Shown in pieces: positions 37,831-54,500 of a stretch of DNA of 64,000 nucleotides. Origin of the DNA: the human T2T-CHM13v2.0 reference genome, Homo sapiens. The notes beneath the pieces were generated by a model. The model saw only the letters and a list, made by a program, of their open reading frames with translations. It was not told where the DNA came from and did not search any database. The position numbers were made by a program, and so were the translations under genes. The DNA lies in the NCBI RefSeq assembly GCF_009914755.1, contig NC_060927.1; one strand, written 5' to 3'. Each line of letters starts with the position of its first letter. The stretch's first letter is position 1.

Positions 37831-38249
37831 TGACTACTGTTTCTCTGATAGTGTTTTGGAAAACACTGATGTTTTGGAGAACATGCTGGGTTATGGGTGT
37901 CAGTAAGGTTTTTGAGGTCAGATAGGTTCGGTAAATGCTGCATGTCATATTCCCTCTTGAATATTCACAAAACACCACAGTATATTAAAGAAATCAGGCA
38001 GTCAAGAAATGAGTTTAACTTTGTTTAAACAACAGTTCCCAAGTTTGTTCAATAATGGACGCCTATTTCATGCAGCAACCATTAACAGAATTCTTTGGGG
38101 GCACAGGTTGGGAAGTTCTGGTAGTGTTACACGCTCATACATACATTATTATGAACCTTCTCTGTGTTTTAACAAAAATTAGAAAAGCTTCAGCACTCCC
38201 AGTAAAGATTTCCTCAGATTCTCATCTTTCCATTAAACTATCACCTTAC

Positions 38250-38400
38250 CCAGGCAGTGCCCTCAAACATTTTGAGGTCCAGAGGGTCTCCCTGGATGGT
38301 CCCATTGAGAAGGATCAGAGAGTGGCAGCTGGCCATGGCCGCACACAGTGGGCTCCATGGCACAGCCTGGCCTGAGGCAAAGCTGTGGGCTTCCTGGAAG
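38250..38400 (-). CDS. ATP13A5: ATP13A5 coding exon (~exon 14), 151 nt, FQEAHSF...ASCHSL...GDPLDLKMFEGTAW
   Basis: ccag|CTTCC acceptor, TGG|gtaagg donor; N-domain CHSL and GDPLD motifs. Confidence 0.95.
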
Positions 38401-40381
38401 CTGGTAGAGAAGGTAATGTTAAAGTCTTTGATAAAATCATTTTGCACATTCTGTCCCTTAAATCTTACTAAAGTGGAGCTCCAAACACCTAACGTTCATG
38501 CTCAGAACCTTCCCATGGCTCCCTATGCTCCAAATGATAAAGTCCAAACCCCTTAGCCTGGTATTCAAAGTCTTGTCCACTTCGGATCTACCTTACCTTA
38601 CAGTGTCCACTCCTACTAATGTCCTCTATGCCCTGTACTCTAGATCCACATTAAACTTCTTGCTATTGCTATGCTTGTCCAGAGACTTCTCTGCTCTTAA
38701 GCCCCTGCCCACTTGGTTTCTTTATTTTTTAAACAGGGTGTTTTGCCTACAGAGTTATCTTTATATAAACATTTCTTTGAGTTGGATATGAATTTTGTTC
38801 TCAACAGAATTTTCCACTGGCCAATCAATAACATAGTTTCAGAGGCTTTGGATAGAATTGCAGGGACTTTTTTCATATTACTTGAAGCCAGCCCACATAA
38901 TGGCAGCATTGTGGGAAGGCACTGAACAGGCAGCTGGGAGTCATACCTGCAAACTCTGTAGAGCTGTCTGCAGAAAGCCACACAGCCTAGGCAAGAAGTC
39001 TCTAGGGCTACTTAGGGAGCAGGAAATTAGGGATAGGAAAGAAGGCTGCATGGATGCAGAAGCATTTTTCACGTCTCAGCCCTTTAGAGTTTGCCCCTAC
39101 TTCTTGAAGCACCCTGGACATCCCACCTCTAAAGCCTGTTTTTCTCTTTGATAATACAAACTGGTATCTTGTATCTTCCTCTCTTCCCACCTTACAGCTG
39201 AATAGTGATTGTGTCTAGTTGTTTCTAGTCTCCGAAAACCTTCAGAGTACCAGAGACAAGGGAGGAAGATGGAGGGGTGGAAACTGTGGACATCTTTTTT
39301 CCCTTTCACTGCTCTGGCCAATAGATTCCTTGCCTGTCTGGGCAAAGGGCTGGCCGGGACATCTGAGCACCAGGAGCAGAGACACATCAGTAGGGTTAAA
39401 GCTCAGGTGTTCCTTGTCACCCAGTCCAGGGTATCTTCTGCAACATCACACTGCTTGTCTGCTGTTACCTTGTGCCATGCTTTACCTGGCCCCTTCGTCA
39501 TCTTGGGAGTCCCCTGCAAAGTGTCTTCTGTCACTGACAGCAGCCTCAGCCACTGTTGGCACCAAAATAGGGTACTTAGAGCTTAAGAGCAGAGGCCATC
39601 GCCGCTCAAATTGAGAAGGCAAGTCTTAGCCCATAGGGAAGGAGCTAGAAGCCACAGGGAGATACCATGAGGAGATTCACCCTCCAGGGGCCCTCTTTCC
39701 CTTCTGTAGCTCTTTCTGGAGTAGACATCTATGTGATTGTCCTCTCCTCTCCCTAGTGCCAGCTTTTAGCCCACAGCTGTAAAAATTCTAGCCGCACGTC
39801 CCTCAAAACCTATCTGAAGTGCCATCTCCTTCAGGTGGCTTTCTTTGATTCACTAAATTTCAAAATTAATTTGTCTTTACCCACCATGTAATTATATAAA
39901 AGTCAGGACTTTGTGTTATATCAAATAATCTCCATTTCTTCTTCTCCATTCTGACATTTCTGCCTTAATAGTAACAATTTTCATGGCCTGTGTTGTACAT
40001 CAAAGGTGGGTGTATTTGCACCTTTTTATCCCGCTAGACTGTGAAACACCACCTGCCTGCGCTAGCCACCCAGGAAGTTTTGTAGTTTTTAATTAAGCAT
40101 GGTCTTCATTTCACTCTTTTTTCTCTGTTTTATTCATTTAGTTCCTTAATTATCCACCTCATCCTACTCCATTTTTCATGGAGATTTTGAAGACCTACTT
40201 TTCCTTTCTCATTCTGAAATTAGAATTCATTTAAGCAAGTTAGAATAATTAGGAACTAGTTCCAGCCAACTATTGTATATATTTTATGTGACATTCATCC
40301 CTTAACACCCAAAAGATGGATTTGAGTATCATCCAGGTAACTCCACCAAACACACCTTCCATTTTCACATAAGAGGCCTAC

Positions 40382-40443
40382 CAGTTGTCAGCAGTAGGGA
40401 CAGTCCCCCAGAGGTCCAGCCCATCTTCAGTGAGAGTGCCAGT
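40382..40443 (-). CDS. ATP13A5: ATP13A5 coding exon (~exon 13), 62 nt, TGTLTEDGLDLWGTVPTADN(C)
   Basis: tcag|ACTGG acceptor, CTG|gtaggc donor; completes DKTGTLT. Confidence 0.95.
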
Positions 40444-42350
40444 CTGAGTAAAAATTAAAAGCAATATTAGCATAAGATTTAAAGCTTTTAATTATATAGT
40501 AATTTAAACAAAACCCAAGTTTCTAAGATATTATAGTAGATCCAGTAGTCTAAATACCTTGTTTATAAGTACCAAATTTTAAATCAGAGAGGAGTACCCA
40601 CAAGAAAAATTAAGCAGGTGATACATGATCCCCAAAAGACCATGTCGATAATTAGGTGATTTCAGTTACTAATGATGAGGAAAAAATGAAAGTGTTTTGT
40701 TTTGGTTTGGTTTGTGTATTGCTATGACCGTTGCTGTTGTTAACCAGGAGAGGTTCAGTACAAGAATCAGCTCGAGTCTGACTTTTAGTTGTCACCTGCT
40801 ATCTCGCTGAAGCAGAGCTCATTTTTTTTTGTTCATTTTCGAGACTGTTCAGTTCACAGTTTGCCATCTGGTTCACAGTAATTTTCTAAAAATATGGGTG
40901 ACACAGTGACTGTCCAGATTGATAATGAAATGTTGATAAAGGGCTTTGAGACTATAGAGAGAAAGTAAATGCTAATAATAAATATTAATTAATGCCCATA
41001 AGTGGATTTTATTTTTAGATCAAGGGAAAAATAGTTCAGAGATTTGATTCGCCATACTATGGGAGAGTATTTGTTAGATAATGAAACAGAGAAAGAAAAA
41101 TGGAGCCGAGTACTATCACAGCACTTTTAATTTCCTCATTGTTTCACAGGTGTTGATGAATTACATACTCTGGTGTCTTGATGCAGTAGGCTAACAGTTT
41201 TAGGCCTGCTTAACACCCTGAGTAAGTGAGTTGGCTACAGCTAGCTGCTTCAGCACTGCCAGGGCCCACCAGAGCTTTACCAAGCATGGCAGAATACCCT
41301 GTTTCAACACTAAGATCCAAGTCTCTGACACTACTTTTCAAGCCTATCTCTATAGAAGTCACTGAATTTTCTAGTTTTCTATAAAATGGCAACCTCCGTC
41401 ATTATAGCACATCCATTAGCATAATGCTTTACAGGAAAGTGTTTACAATGCTTTCCATTTCACAACTGAGTTAACAGGGTGGAGGCAGGTTAGAGGTGAA
41501 ATGAGGAGCCTAATGTCATAGTGGCCTGTAGGTTGGAGAGGCAGAACCAAAATCCAGCCCTTCTGGAGTCTTCCTCCAAACTAGCAAATGTTAAGTGAAT
41601 CATACGGGGTATGTGGAAAGACAAAGCTCTTTCTGGGTTTCTAGATTAAATAATTAAGAAAACTTTGTTTCATTCATTTATTTGAACTTCACAAAGAAGG
41701 TGCTAACACACGAGTGAATTATTTCTTAAACAACAACTTTTTGAAAAAGAGCTATTTGTTTCATTTCTCTCCTGCATTTTATAAAGGACTCCACCATGTT
41801 CGGTTTCCAAATCCCCTCAAGTTGTTGCATTTCAAAAAGAGTTTGCAACTTAATTCAAACTGATATGTTTTCCTGATGATGTTTTTAAACATCAATATTT
41901 TGAACATGAAAACAGAGATGATACTGCAGCAAAACAGAAATTAGATTATGTTATCTCTCTATGAAAATGACCCCTTAACAATAAAACTAACCATAAATAG
42001 AGAAAACTAAATTATAGTTGAGGTTCTAAGGGGAATAAGATAGAAAGAGAAAACCTCTTAGCATAAATTCAAGCCCAGGCTTGGGCTGAATTGAATAAAA
42101 AGAAAGAACTTGTCTTACAGAAGTTATAACAAACCAATAGAAAATAGAAATAGATATGAGAACAAATGGACTCAGAAACCCAGTGACAGATATCTCCGAA
42201 ACTGGAAATAACACTAGATGAAAATTCAATTAATGGCAGAGTGCTTTATTCCAACATGATGGTGATAGAATTTTATAATGTGAAAGCTGGAAAGAAACTC
42301 AGAGACGATTGTGGTTGAATCTGCTTTTCTTAAAAAGTCACACAGAGATG

Positions 42351-42703
<353 letters not shown>

Positions 42704-44508
42704 TCAAGAGTTTTTTGCACTGTCACGTGTCATCATGCCCTGCAGAGTTTGACCAAGGACACCTAAAAGCAGCCTCACAGACAGCCTGGCAGGTGAGGAC
42801 ATGAGGATGTGGAGGGAGAGGTTTTATACAGGAAATAAAGTGAACAGCCTCGGGAAAATTAATTTTAGAAACAGTTGAATATGTAATGAACATATTTCAT
42901 AAGTCTCCCTCTTATATTCCAGACACCAGTGAGGCTCATGAGGAAGTAACAGGAATCCCTGTTAGAGAACTTCCAAGGGGGTGTTATTTGGCCCTGAATC
43001 TAAAATGAAGTTAACCTTGTCGGTTCTTGACTGGTGGTGATCGAGAACTTTCTTTGCCAAACAAAATACAAACAGAAAGAGAACTGACATAACCTAAGAG
43101 ATATACCCCTTTCACCTGGGGACCAAGCCTGGTCGAGTCTACTCATTGGAGTCACTCCCATTTGCCTTCTACTCTCCATCCTTGTCCTTTTTGTCTGGGA
43201 CAAGCAATGATCTCTTCTGTTGTCCCCAGATGGCCTCTTTCTTCAGTCTTGTCTCCCTTCCATCCCATCTCCCCAGTTGCCCCTGGTGGGATAGAAAACA
43301 CCTAAAGAAATGTCACCAGTCTTCTTAAAAAGTAAAGGCTCCTATTCTGCTTCAAGACAAGGACCCACTCCTTAGCGTGGCATATGAGGCCCTTAACAAT
43401 TGCCCTCAACCCAGCTTCATTCTCTACCTACCAGCCCATATTCTAGCCACACCCCATGGTCCTCTGTTCCCCACATGCAGTGGGCCCCTTGTACCCCTGT
43501 GCTTGTCAGCTGCTCAGCTCTGAGCCTGGGGCTTATTCTTTCTAACAACCAAGGCTGCACCTCAAAGGTGGCCTCCAACCGTGGCAGGTAACTGTGCCCC
43601 GCGCTTTCCTCAGGCCTCTATTAAACACACATCTCACAGCATGATCGCCATCTACACTCCCATTTTCCTGCTTTCTCAGCTAGACTAGAAGCTTCTCAAG
43701 GGCTAGGAATGACTCATTATGGGACTCTCTACCAGCATTGTACACAGCAGTGGCTCTCTGCCACAAAATGGCAAAGGCCCTAATAAATTATTCAAATGCA
43801 CATGAATTGAAGACAAAAGGGACCCAGCCAGGCCCACTGCTTTACAGCAGTTAAACTGGCCTGTCCAAGCTGAGGGCAGGATCCAAATAGCAGGCAGCTA
43901 ATGCTGAAGTCCTCCAGGTTCCCCATAGGAGACTCACGTCATGGGGGGGTGTCAGGACCTGCTTGGTAAACGCAGTGTTCCCCATGTGGCATATGCTCCT
44001 CCTCTGCCACCTTTCCAGGTCCCTAAGCACAGAGACAACCTAGCCTGGAGTCACAAGCCCTGGAGGAGCAAAGGGGCAGGACAGGGTCATTGTTTCCTTC
44101 CTTCCTTTCCTTCAAAGAAGCAGAGGAGGAGAGAGGAAACAGATTCACTTATCTTCTGGACAAAACATTTCAGGAAACAGAAATGTTCCTCACATTTTCT
44201 GCCAAGTCAGTCAGTCTAAGAAGTTACATAGTAAGAGATGGTTTTAAAAAAACCACAAACCAGGCACACAAATTATTAAGTTTCACAGATAAAAAATTCA
44301 TGATGTGCTGGCTAAGCTGCTAACCTTAAGAGTCAGCAGAGCAGGCTCCTAGAATGTGATCTTGCACTAGCTCACTCTGTGACCTTCTCTGGCCTCAACG
44401 TTCCTATCTGTAAAATGGGAACACTGGACTAGACATTTTCTGAGGTTCTTCCCAGCTCCACCATGCCTTGAAATCATTAACATTAAACCTGAGAAGTCTG
44501 GATCATAC

Positions 44509-44697
44509 TTTGTCAAAGCACACGAGGTTTATTTGCCCACACATGTTGATTCTCTGTGGGGAGATACAGAAGATTTTCTTTTTCTTCAGTCTCTTCTGAG
44601 CATACACGTTGCCTATGGTCAGGGCAGCTGGCAGCACTGGAGGGACAGTCACGGTGAGGAGGATCAGGGCCATGGTCACAGTATCTTTTGGAGGAAC
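44509..44697 (-). CDS. ATP13A5: ATP13A5 coding exon (~exon 12), 189 nt, VPPKDTV...[11 protein letters not shown]...NLVCFDK (TM4 and phospho-Asp)
   Basis: ccag|GTTCC acceptor, AAA|gtatga donor; P5B PPVLP motif and CFDK. Confidence 0.96.
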
Positions 44698-45159
44698 CTG
44701 GGAGAGGACAGACATTTTCATACAGGATAGCCCAGCACAGCAGACTGCCACCCTTCCTAGTGCCAAAGGAATGAGCACATTGTCTCCTACTGCAGAGCAA
44801 AGGAGACCTTTGATCCCTACTCCCAGTCCACCAACCCCTTTCCTGGTTCTGTTTCCCTCTACTTAGCATTCCCTCTGCCCAAGCTTGACTGTTGGCTTAT
44901 GAATCTCTCTCCCCCACTAGCCTACAAACTCCTTGGGTGTAGCAGCTATGGCTTATTCATCTTTGAATCTACCTTATTGATCTCTAGATACAGAGCCTAG
45001 CATGGGATTTAGCACAGAGGAGGTGCTCAGGACATAGATTGAATGGATGGCAATATAATTAAAAACTAGGACCAACATCCTTCCAAGATCTCAGCATATA
45101 TTATTAACTACAGAGAAGCCAATATAAAATTAGCTTGCTCTCACTGGATACTAACTCTG

Positions 45160-45360
45160 GAGCAGGAACTGTATTAGGCTACGTATATTATTTAGTTGCT
45201 CTCTATAACAACCTTATGACGTAAATACTATTATTTTCTCCATTTAACAGGTAAGGAAACTGAGGTTTTAACAATTAAATAATTTTCCCAAGGCCACATA
45301 CTAGGTAAATGACAGAAATCTGAACCCTATTCTGTCTTACTGCAGGGTACAAACCCATGA
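45160..45360 (-). mobile_element. MIR SINE
   Basis: CATTTAACAGGTAAGGAAACTGAGG...CCCAAGGCCACATACTAGGTAAATG core. Confidence 0.7.
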
Positions 45361-45412
45361 CCAATATGTTTTATTATCAAGTCAATTTTGTGAACTCAGG
45401 ATCCCTGGCAGG

Positions 45413-45774
45413 TGATACGGTTTGGCTGTGTCCCGACCCAAATCTCGTCTTGAATTGTAGCTCCCCTAATTCCCACCTGTAGTAAGAGGGACCCAGTGGG
45501 AGGTAATCGAATCATGGGGGCAGTTTCCCCCATAATGTTGTCATGATTGTGAATAAGTCTCATGAGATCTGATGGTTTATAAATGGGATTTCCCCTGCAC
45601 AAACTCTCTTGCCTGCCACCATGTAAGACATGTTTTGCTTCTGCTTTGCCTTCCAACCATGACTGTGAGGCCTCCCCAGCCATGTGGAACTGTGAGTCTC
45701 TTAAACCTCTTTCCTTTATAAATTGCCCAGTCTCAGGTATGTCTTTATTAGCAGCATGAGAACAGACTAATACA
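45413..45774 (+). mobile_element. THE1 MaLR solo LTR
   Basis: TGATACGGTTTGGCTGTGTCC...GAACAGACTAATACA termini; perfect 5-bp TSD GCAGG. Confidence 0.93.
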
Positions 45775-46512
45775 GCAGGTCTCCAGAGGAGGCTCACACA
45801 ATTAAGGTCAGGGATGAGGTCAAATCACAGGGTTGACTGATTGATTGTTTTGTTTTCCTCACATGCTCTAGATATTAATGATTCTACCCTCTAGAACCTC
45901 ACCTATGTTTTTGTTAAATTAACCATCATTTTAGCCATAAATACTTTTTTAAGTATTGGAAACATGGGATTCAAGTTCAGTAGCAATGTCTGCTGGGACA
46001 TCTTTTGCCCAATATCAATTTATCACAAAATTCATTACTCCCTTCTTTTCCCAACCACAGACACGGAAGAGTTTTGACCCTAAGGACTCAGCCTTGTCTA
46101 GCGCTGAACCAGTGCAGATAGAGGCAGCCAACAGAGCCACAGGTTCTGACCCACAAGAAGTTGGGGTCTGGGATTATTAGTCTTGTTGCCTCAGTGTGTA
46201 TTGGATGTTAAGTTCTTCCCAGGAAACCTCATTCTCAAATACTGCCAGGGCTTCCATGAGCTTTTTTCCTGCTTTTCTGCCCAATGCTCCAGCTCCCCAG
46301 ATTAAATTGGCATACTCCCTCAAATTCCAGCCCCAGTGACCTTGACATTCTGCCTAGCTCTTCACAGGCCCCATCGTGGGCCTCTCTTGACCCAGAAATG
46401 CTCCCTGGGAGCTATTTCAGATTGAAATAACTACTCAGCAGTTAAGTTTTGGCGTGAACATTGCCTTGAAATTCTTGTTACTATGTCTTTTCCCACCAAT
46501 ATTCACTGCCCA

Positions 46513-46513
<1 letters not shown>

Positions 46514-46557
<44 letters not shown>

Positions 46558-46580
46558 AACACACACACACACACACACAC
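46514..46580. repeat. (CT)n(CA)n compound microsatellite
   Basis: Directly visible, with CAAA interruptions. Confidence 0.95.
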
Positions 46581-47135
46581 GCTCATTGATGCCACCAATT
46601 TGGACATTGTAATTAAGCCACTCACAGTTTTTCACCTGTTTGGATGTTTTATTCACAATTTTCTCTTCCTCCCCACCAGCTCACACTGTTATGATCCCAG
46701 ACTTTCTTATTTTCTGGTTCACAGCAAAATCAGACTCTCAGGACCAGAAAGGACCTCAGAGGTCTTTAGTGACAACCCTTCCCTCCCTAGCCACCAGGCT
46801 ATGACAAGGAGCATCCAAATGAAACCTGACACCCTGTAGCTTAAAGGGAAGTAGGTATCTCATGCAGTACCAGCTCTGTAAAAGTGGAAATTAACTTCAT
46901 TTCAGACCCTAACCAGAACACATGGGAAACCCACTGATTGCATAGTGTTTTAGATATTACCTAAACACTGGGGGCAAACTAGGCATGAGAACATTTCCGC
47001 TGTCTAAGAAGCTCTTTTGGACAGTAATGATTCACAGAATGATGGGATCAAGATGTAACCTAAACCAATCCTCTGAGTTAGGTCAAGCTCTTTGCAGAAT
47101 CTATACTATTGAAAAGCCTTACCCCCAGTACTTAC

Positions 47136-47293
47136 TCCATGGTACATATATACCCCTAGGGCATAGAAAAAACCCATGACACCAAGGCAGGCCAGGAACA
47201 CGATGAACTTGAAGGCATCGCTGTATAGTTTGAAGTTCAGAGGCCGGGGGTACAGGATGGATCTCACTAAGTCCCCTTTGGCTGTATTGTAAC
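47136..47293 (-). CDS. ATP13A5: ATP13A5 coding exon (~exon 11), 158 nt, (G)YNTAKGDLVRSILYPRP...LGVYMYHG (TM3)
   Basis: gtag|GTTAC acceptor, GGA|gtaagt donor; ORF 47106..47339 contains it. Confidence 0.95.
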
Positions 47294-48314
47294 CTACATA
47301 AAGATAATCATAGATCAAGTAAGGCTGCTTGATGGACACTTGGTCTCCTAAAAATGGCTTTACTGTCTTTGAGGAAAAGAGTAGAGTGTCCTCTAACCTT
47401 CTACCTAATCATTTTATAAGTTTTCAGGTGGTTTTCATGATTTTTAACCATGAGCTTCCATGTAGGCCACAGGCTGAGCAATGCTCTAGTGTCTAGTGCC
47501 TGCTAACTAGTTTGAACATTTAAAAAAATTAGATATTTTTAATTTTAAAAAATCAGCTAGAACAACTAAATCATAAACCAAACTAAAGCATGCAGGTATC
47601 ACAGTGTAAAGTGTATTTTGCATCTGTGAATAAGTCGGGTGGCAGAAACAGAGGTCAGAGGTTAGAACAGAGAGCTAGGACCAGGTCATAGGAGGCCTTC
47701 ATTGTGTCACGTCATGTAAAAGACTGGGACTCAGGAAGTGTTTGCGGAATCATCCAGATTTGGTGCCACATTTGGTATGGGAAACAAGAGGAGTTGGAGA
47801 TGTTATTAAGAGACCAGCATGATGGTGATGATATTAACAGAGAAAGTCAATACAGGAGGATGAATAGTTTCAGATTCGTTGGCTTTAACTGGTCTATAGG
47901 GCACCCAGGTGGAGTTCTTTATTACTGAATTTGACATACAGCCTAGCAAGCAACTCTTTGAAAGGAAAAAATCCTCATAGTCGTGGTGGCTGAAATTGTT
48001 TTTTGGTAATCACTCAGAGGAGGTGTCAAGGGAGATAGAAGCAGCGTATGGTCACAAGCAAAAAGAAGAGCATAGTTTTACCTTTGACAAATTTTACTTC
48101 ACCTACACATACCCTTCATCACATAGAAGGGTTTTACCAATAAACCATTTAATTAAAAATAGTGACACTTTAGAATAATAAGTGTCTGTTTGGAAAAAAG
48201 CATGTTGTTACTACCAGAATGTGGCAGACTCCATAATCCTAAACTAAATTTCCCTAATCCAACTCTCCCCATGTTCAAGCATGAATTAAACTTACAAAAG
48301 TGGAATCCACTAAC

Positions 48315-48485
48315 CTGTTTGCAAAACGACTGCTCGTACAGGCCCCTGCCCAGAGGGCTTGACCTGGATAACTTCTGTTCCACAGAAAAGGACGTGTTTC
48401 CTATAATCCTCCAAACTGTGACATTTCCAAGGCATAGTGTTCTCCATCTGGGGCAATGGTGTCTTTGTAACAGGTATACTTTCTC
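48315..48485 (-). CDS. ATP13A5: ATP13A5 coding exon (~exon 10), 171 nt, (G)ESIPVTKTPLP...HVLFCGTEVIQVKPSGQGPVRAVVLQT(G)
   Basis: ttag|GAGAA acceptor, CAG|gttagt donor; completes the TGES motif; phase 1 to 1. Confidence 0.95.
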
Positions 48486-49626
48486 CTAAAGAGGATTGTA
48501 TTTTGTTGAATCTATGTAAGCTCAGGTAGTTGGTCAGAACTGGTGCATGCCAGTTTCAAGAAATTATACAAACCACAACTAATCCGGTCTTAATGCCCAT
48601 CCCATGAGTCAGATGACTGTTCATAGAGATGCTGGTGGTACAAGCAATGGTAGACTTGATTCTATTGCAAATATTTAGATTAGATCTGCCTATCTATCCT
48701 ATACCTGGCCTGCATGGTTTGTTGTCATAATTTTAAAAGCAGCCTATTATAGATGAGTTATCACTGAATCATTCTCCCAAGCATTCATTAAGCCCAGCAC
48801 TATTTTAGGCAATGAAGGAGCTTTCCAGCACGTGAATAGTAATTACTATTTGCTTTGCATTCACTCATTTATTCATTTGTTTATTCATTCACCCATTCAT
48901 TCAGCTATTTTAGGTGCTTATTCTGTTCCAGGAACTGTGCTAGGTGCTAGGAATATGATGAACAAGAGAGACAGAAATCTTGCCCTCATAAGCTCATGGA
49001 GCAAGGTGAGAAAATAGTAGTTATTCCACATCATTTTCAGATGGATCCCATCCAAGTCCCATTTTTATCATCTCATTCTTTTGCTCAAAATCGTTAGCCT
49101 TTTCCATTGCCACTACTGAATAAAGACCAAACTCTCCTGCTAGATTGTCAAAGCCTACCATGATTCAAACATCATTGCCTGACATTCCCCTACAAAAGCT
49201 CCAGCTCAACTAGGCCACTTGCATTTCCTTTTATTGGCCCCCATTCTTTGCAGGTAGCAATTTTTTTCCTTTCCCTGGTGGCTATAAGACAGAATATTTA
49301 AGGTACAAAGAAATCAGCTCAGAGTTCAAAAAGGATACATTTCAGAGACAAAATAAAGATGTTAATAATAATTTTTGGCTCCAAGATTTAAAGAGTATTA
49401 GAATGAATTTAAAATTCCATCAGTCTTTTACTAAATGTTCAATTAGCAAGATAACTTGTCATATTTCTAATTTGGAAATAGTATTATATCAATCATAGTT
49501 ATACAAATTTAGGTCTCATCTCTCTTTCTAGGTCATAACTGGGAACAAGAACTTTGACATATATAAATTTGTATACTCTTCATTTTCCTAGTGATATGTA
49601 ATAGGTTCAAAACACATAGTTTTTTC

Positions 49627-52834
<3,208 letters not shown>

Positions 52835-54179
52835 TCAAATGCGCAGATGAATTAAATAAAAATGCCCAAGTTTCTCTATGATTGGTTTTTCAAAACTCAT
52901 TTTCTGCTGTGATGTATTTTTACATGCTAAGGTGTAAGAAGCTATAAAATTGTTATTAGCAATCTTGAATATTTTTCAAGAAATTCTTTTAGGCAAGTGT
53001 TGTTCCCTATGCCATTTTCTTTAAAACAATTATGATATTCATCCATTGTGTAGATGTATCAATTGCATTCTATGGCTTCATAGAAGGGTTAGAATGTTTT
53101 GACAAATCTCCAAATTATGGTACTACATTGTTTTGAAATCAGCCTTTGTAAGAGGCGAATACTTAGAGATCATTTCCTTTTTTTTTGCTTTTGAATCTCA
53201 GAATATTAATCCACAATATATACTTAGGCTAACATCAGTAAACTGTTTTCTGCACACAAAACCAATGAAACTGGAGGCAGTCATGTATTGATCAATCAGT
53301 AATGGAAGTCATTTGCAGATAATTTGTTCCAGAGATAATAGTCAGATGATTTTACAGAGAGATGGTTTTCAAGTCTCTTTTATGCTATTTGCATATTAAT
53401 AAGAAGCCTCATGTTTTGGCCTTTCTGGGGAGCCCAAGAAAGGATGATTCATCTACAAAAGATGTGGGGTCCAAGGCAGCTGAAGAGAGTTTTAGAGGAA
53501 AGAACCATCATTGCTCATAATCAACTGTACATTTGGCTCCCTGTGCTGTCACGTGGAGGTTCTCTCCCTTGTCCACAAGGATCAAGATGCCTCTTCATGG
53601 TGACAGTGTTTGAAATTCCAAGTCCTTTTAATTTATAGTTCTAGAACCATTAGACTGTAAATGTTTTGAGACCAGAGACCATTTCTCTTTTAACTTGGTG
53701 ACACCAATACGCAACACAGTACCTGGCACATGGTAGGCATTTCTGAGCTTTTATTGAGTAAATGGATGAACAAATAAGTAAAAGGAAAGGGAGAAGGAGG
53801 ATGATAAAAAGAGAGGACGAAAGGATCAAAGGAAGAGAGAAAAAGATCTGACCTATCAACTGATGATAAGCTCGTCTGACAGGATATCGATGTGAGATCA
53901 TCACTTAGGAAAATCCCTGCATGTCCAACTCAGGTCACTGCACTCTCGCCCCACACACATCTCAAATACATCAGCAGCTTAATGAAGAGAAGAAGAGGGA
54001 AGGGGATTGCGGCAGAGTGCATGCCACCCCTCTTCGCCATAATTATCCCTAAGAGAATGAGGAAACACTGATTACAAGCCTAGGTTCTGGGGACAAAATG
54101 CCTGTATTTAAGGCATTAAATTTATTTATTAAGACAATAGAAGTCTTCTGTTTTCTTCATATAACTTATAACTGTTGAA

Positions 54180-54500
54180 AATTTGTGTCATTTGTATACT
54201 TTCATGTTTTCTGTCTCTGTCACTAGAATATCAGCTCCACAAGGGCAGAAATCTTATCTGCCTTTTTCACTGCTATGTCACCTGCAGAGTTCCTGCTCCA
54301 TAGTAGGGGCTAATAAATATCTGTAGAATGAGTGAATTCACAAACAAATCCAGATCTCAGCTGTGCCACTTCTAAGCTGTGTGACCTTAGGCAAATTAGT
54401 TACCCTTTCTGGGCCTCAGATTTGCCCACTCTAATAGAGTTGCAGGTTGAATGAAATAGTATATGTAAAATGTTAGCACAATGCCTAATACATATGAGAA
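54180..54500 (+). mobile_element. L2 3' end followed by MIR
   Basis: CTAGAATATCAGCTCCACAAGGGCAG...AATAAATATCTGTAGAATGAGTGAA, then TGTGTGACCTTAGGCAAATTAGTT...GGGCCTCAG. Confidence 0.65.

Noticed and set aside
45396-45797. 133-aa minus-strand ORF
   Set aside because: Antisense translation of the THE1 LTR; a common artefact.
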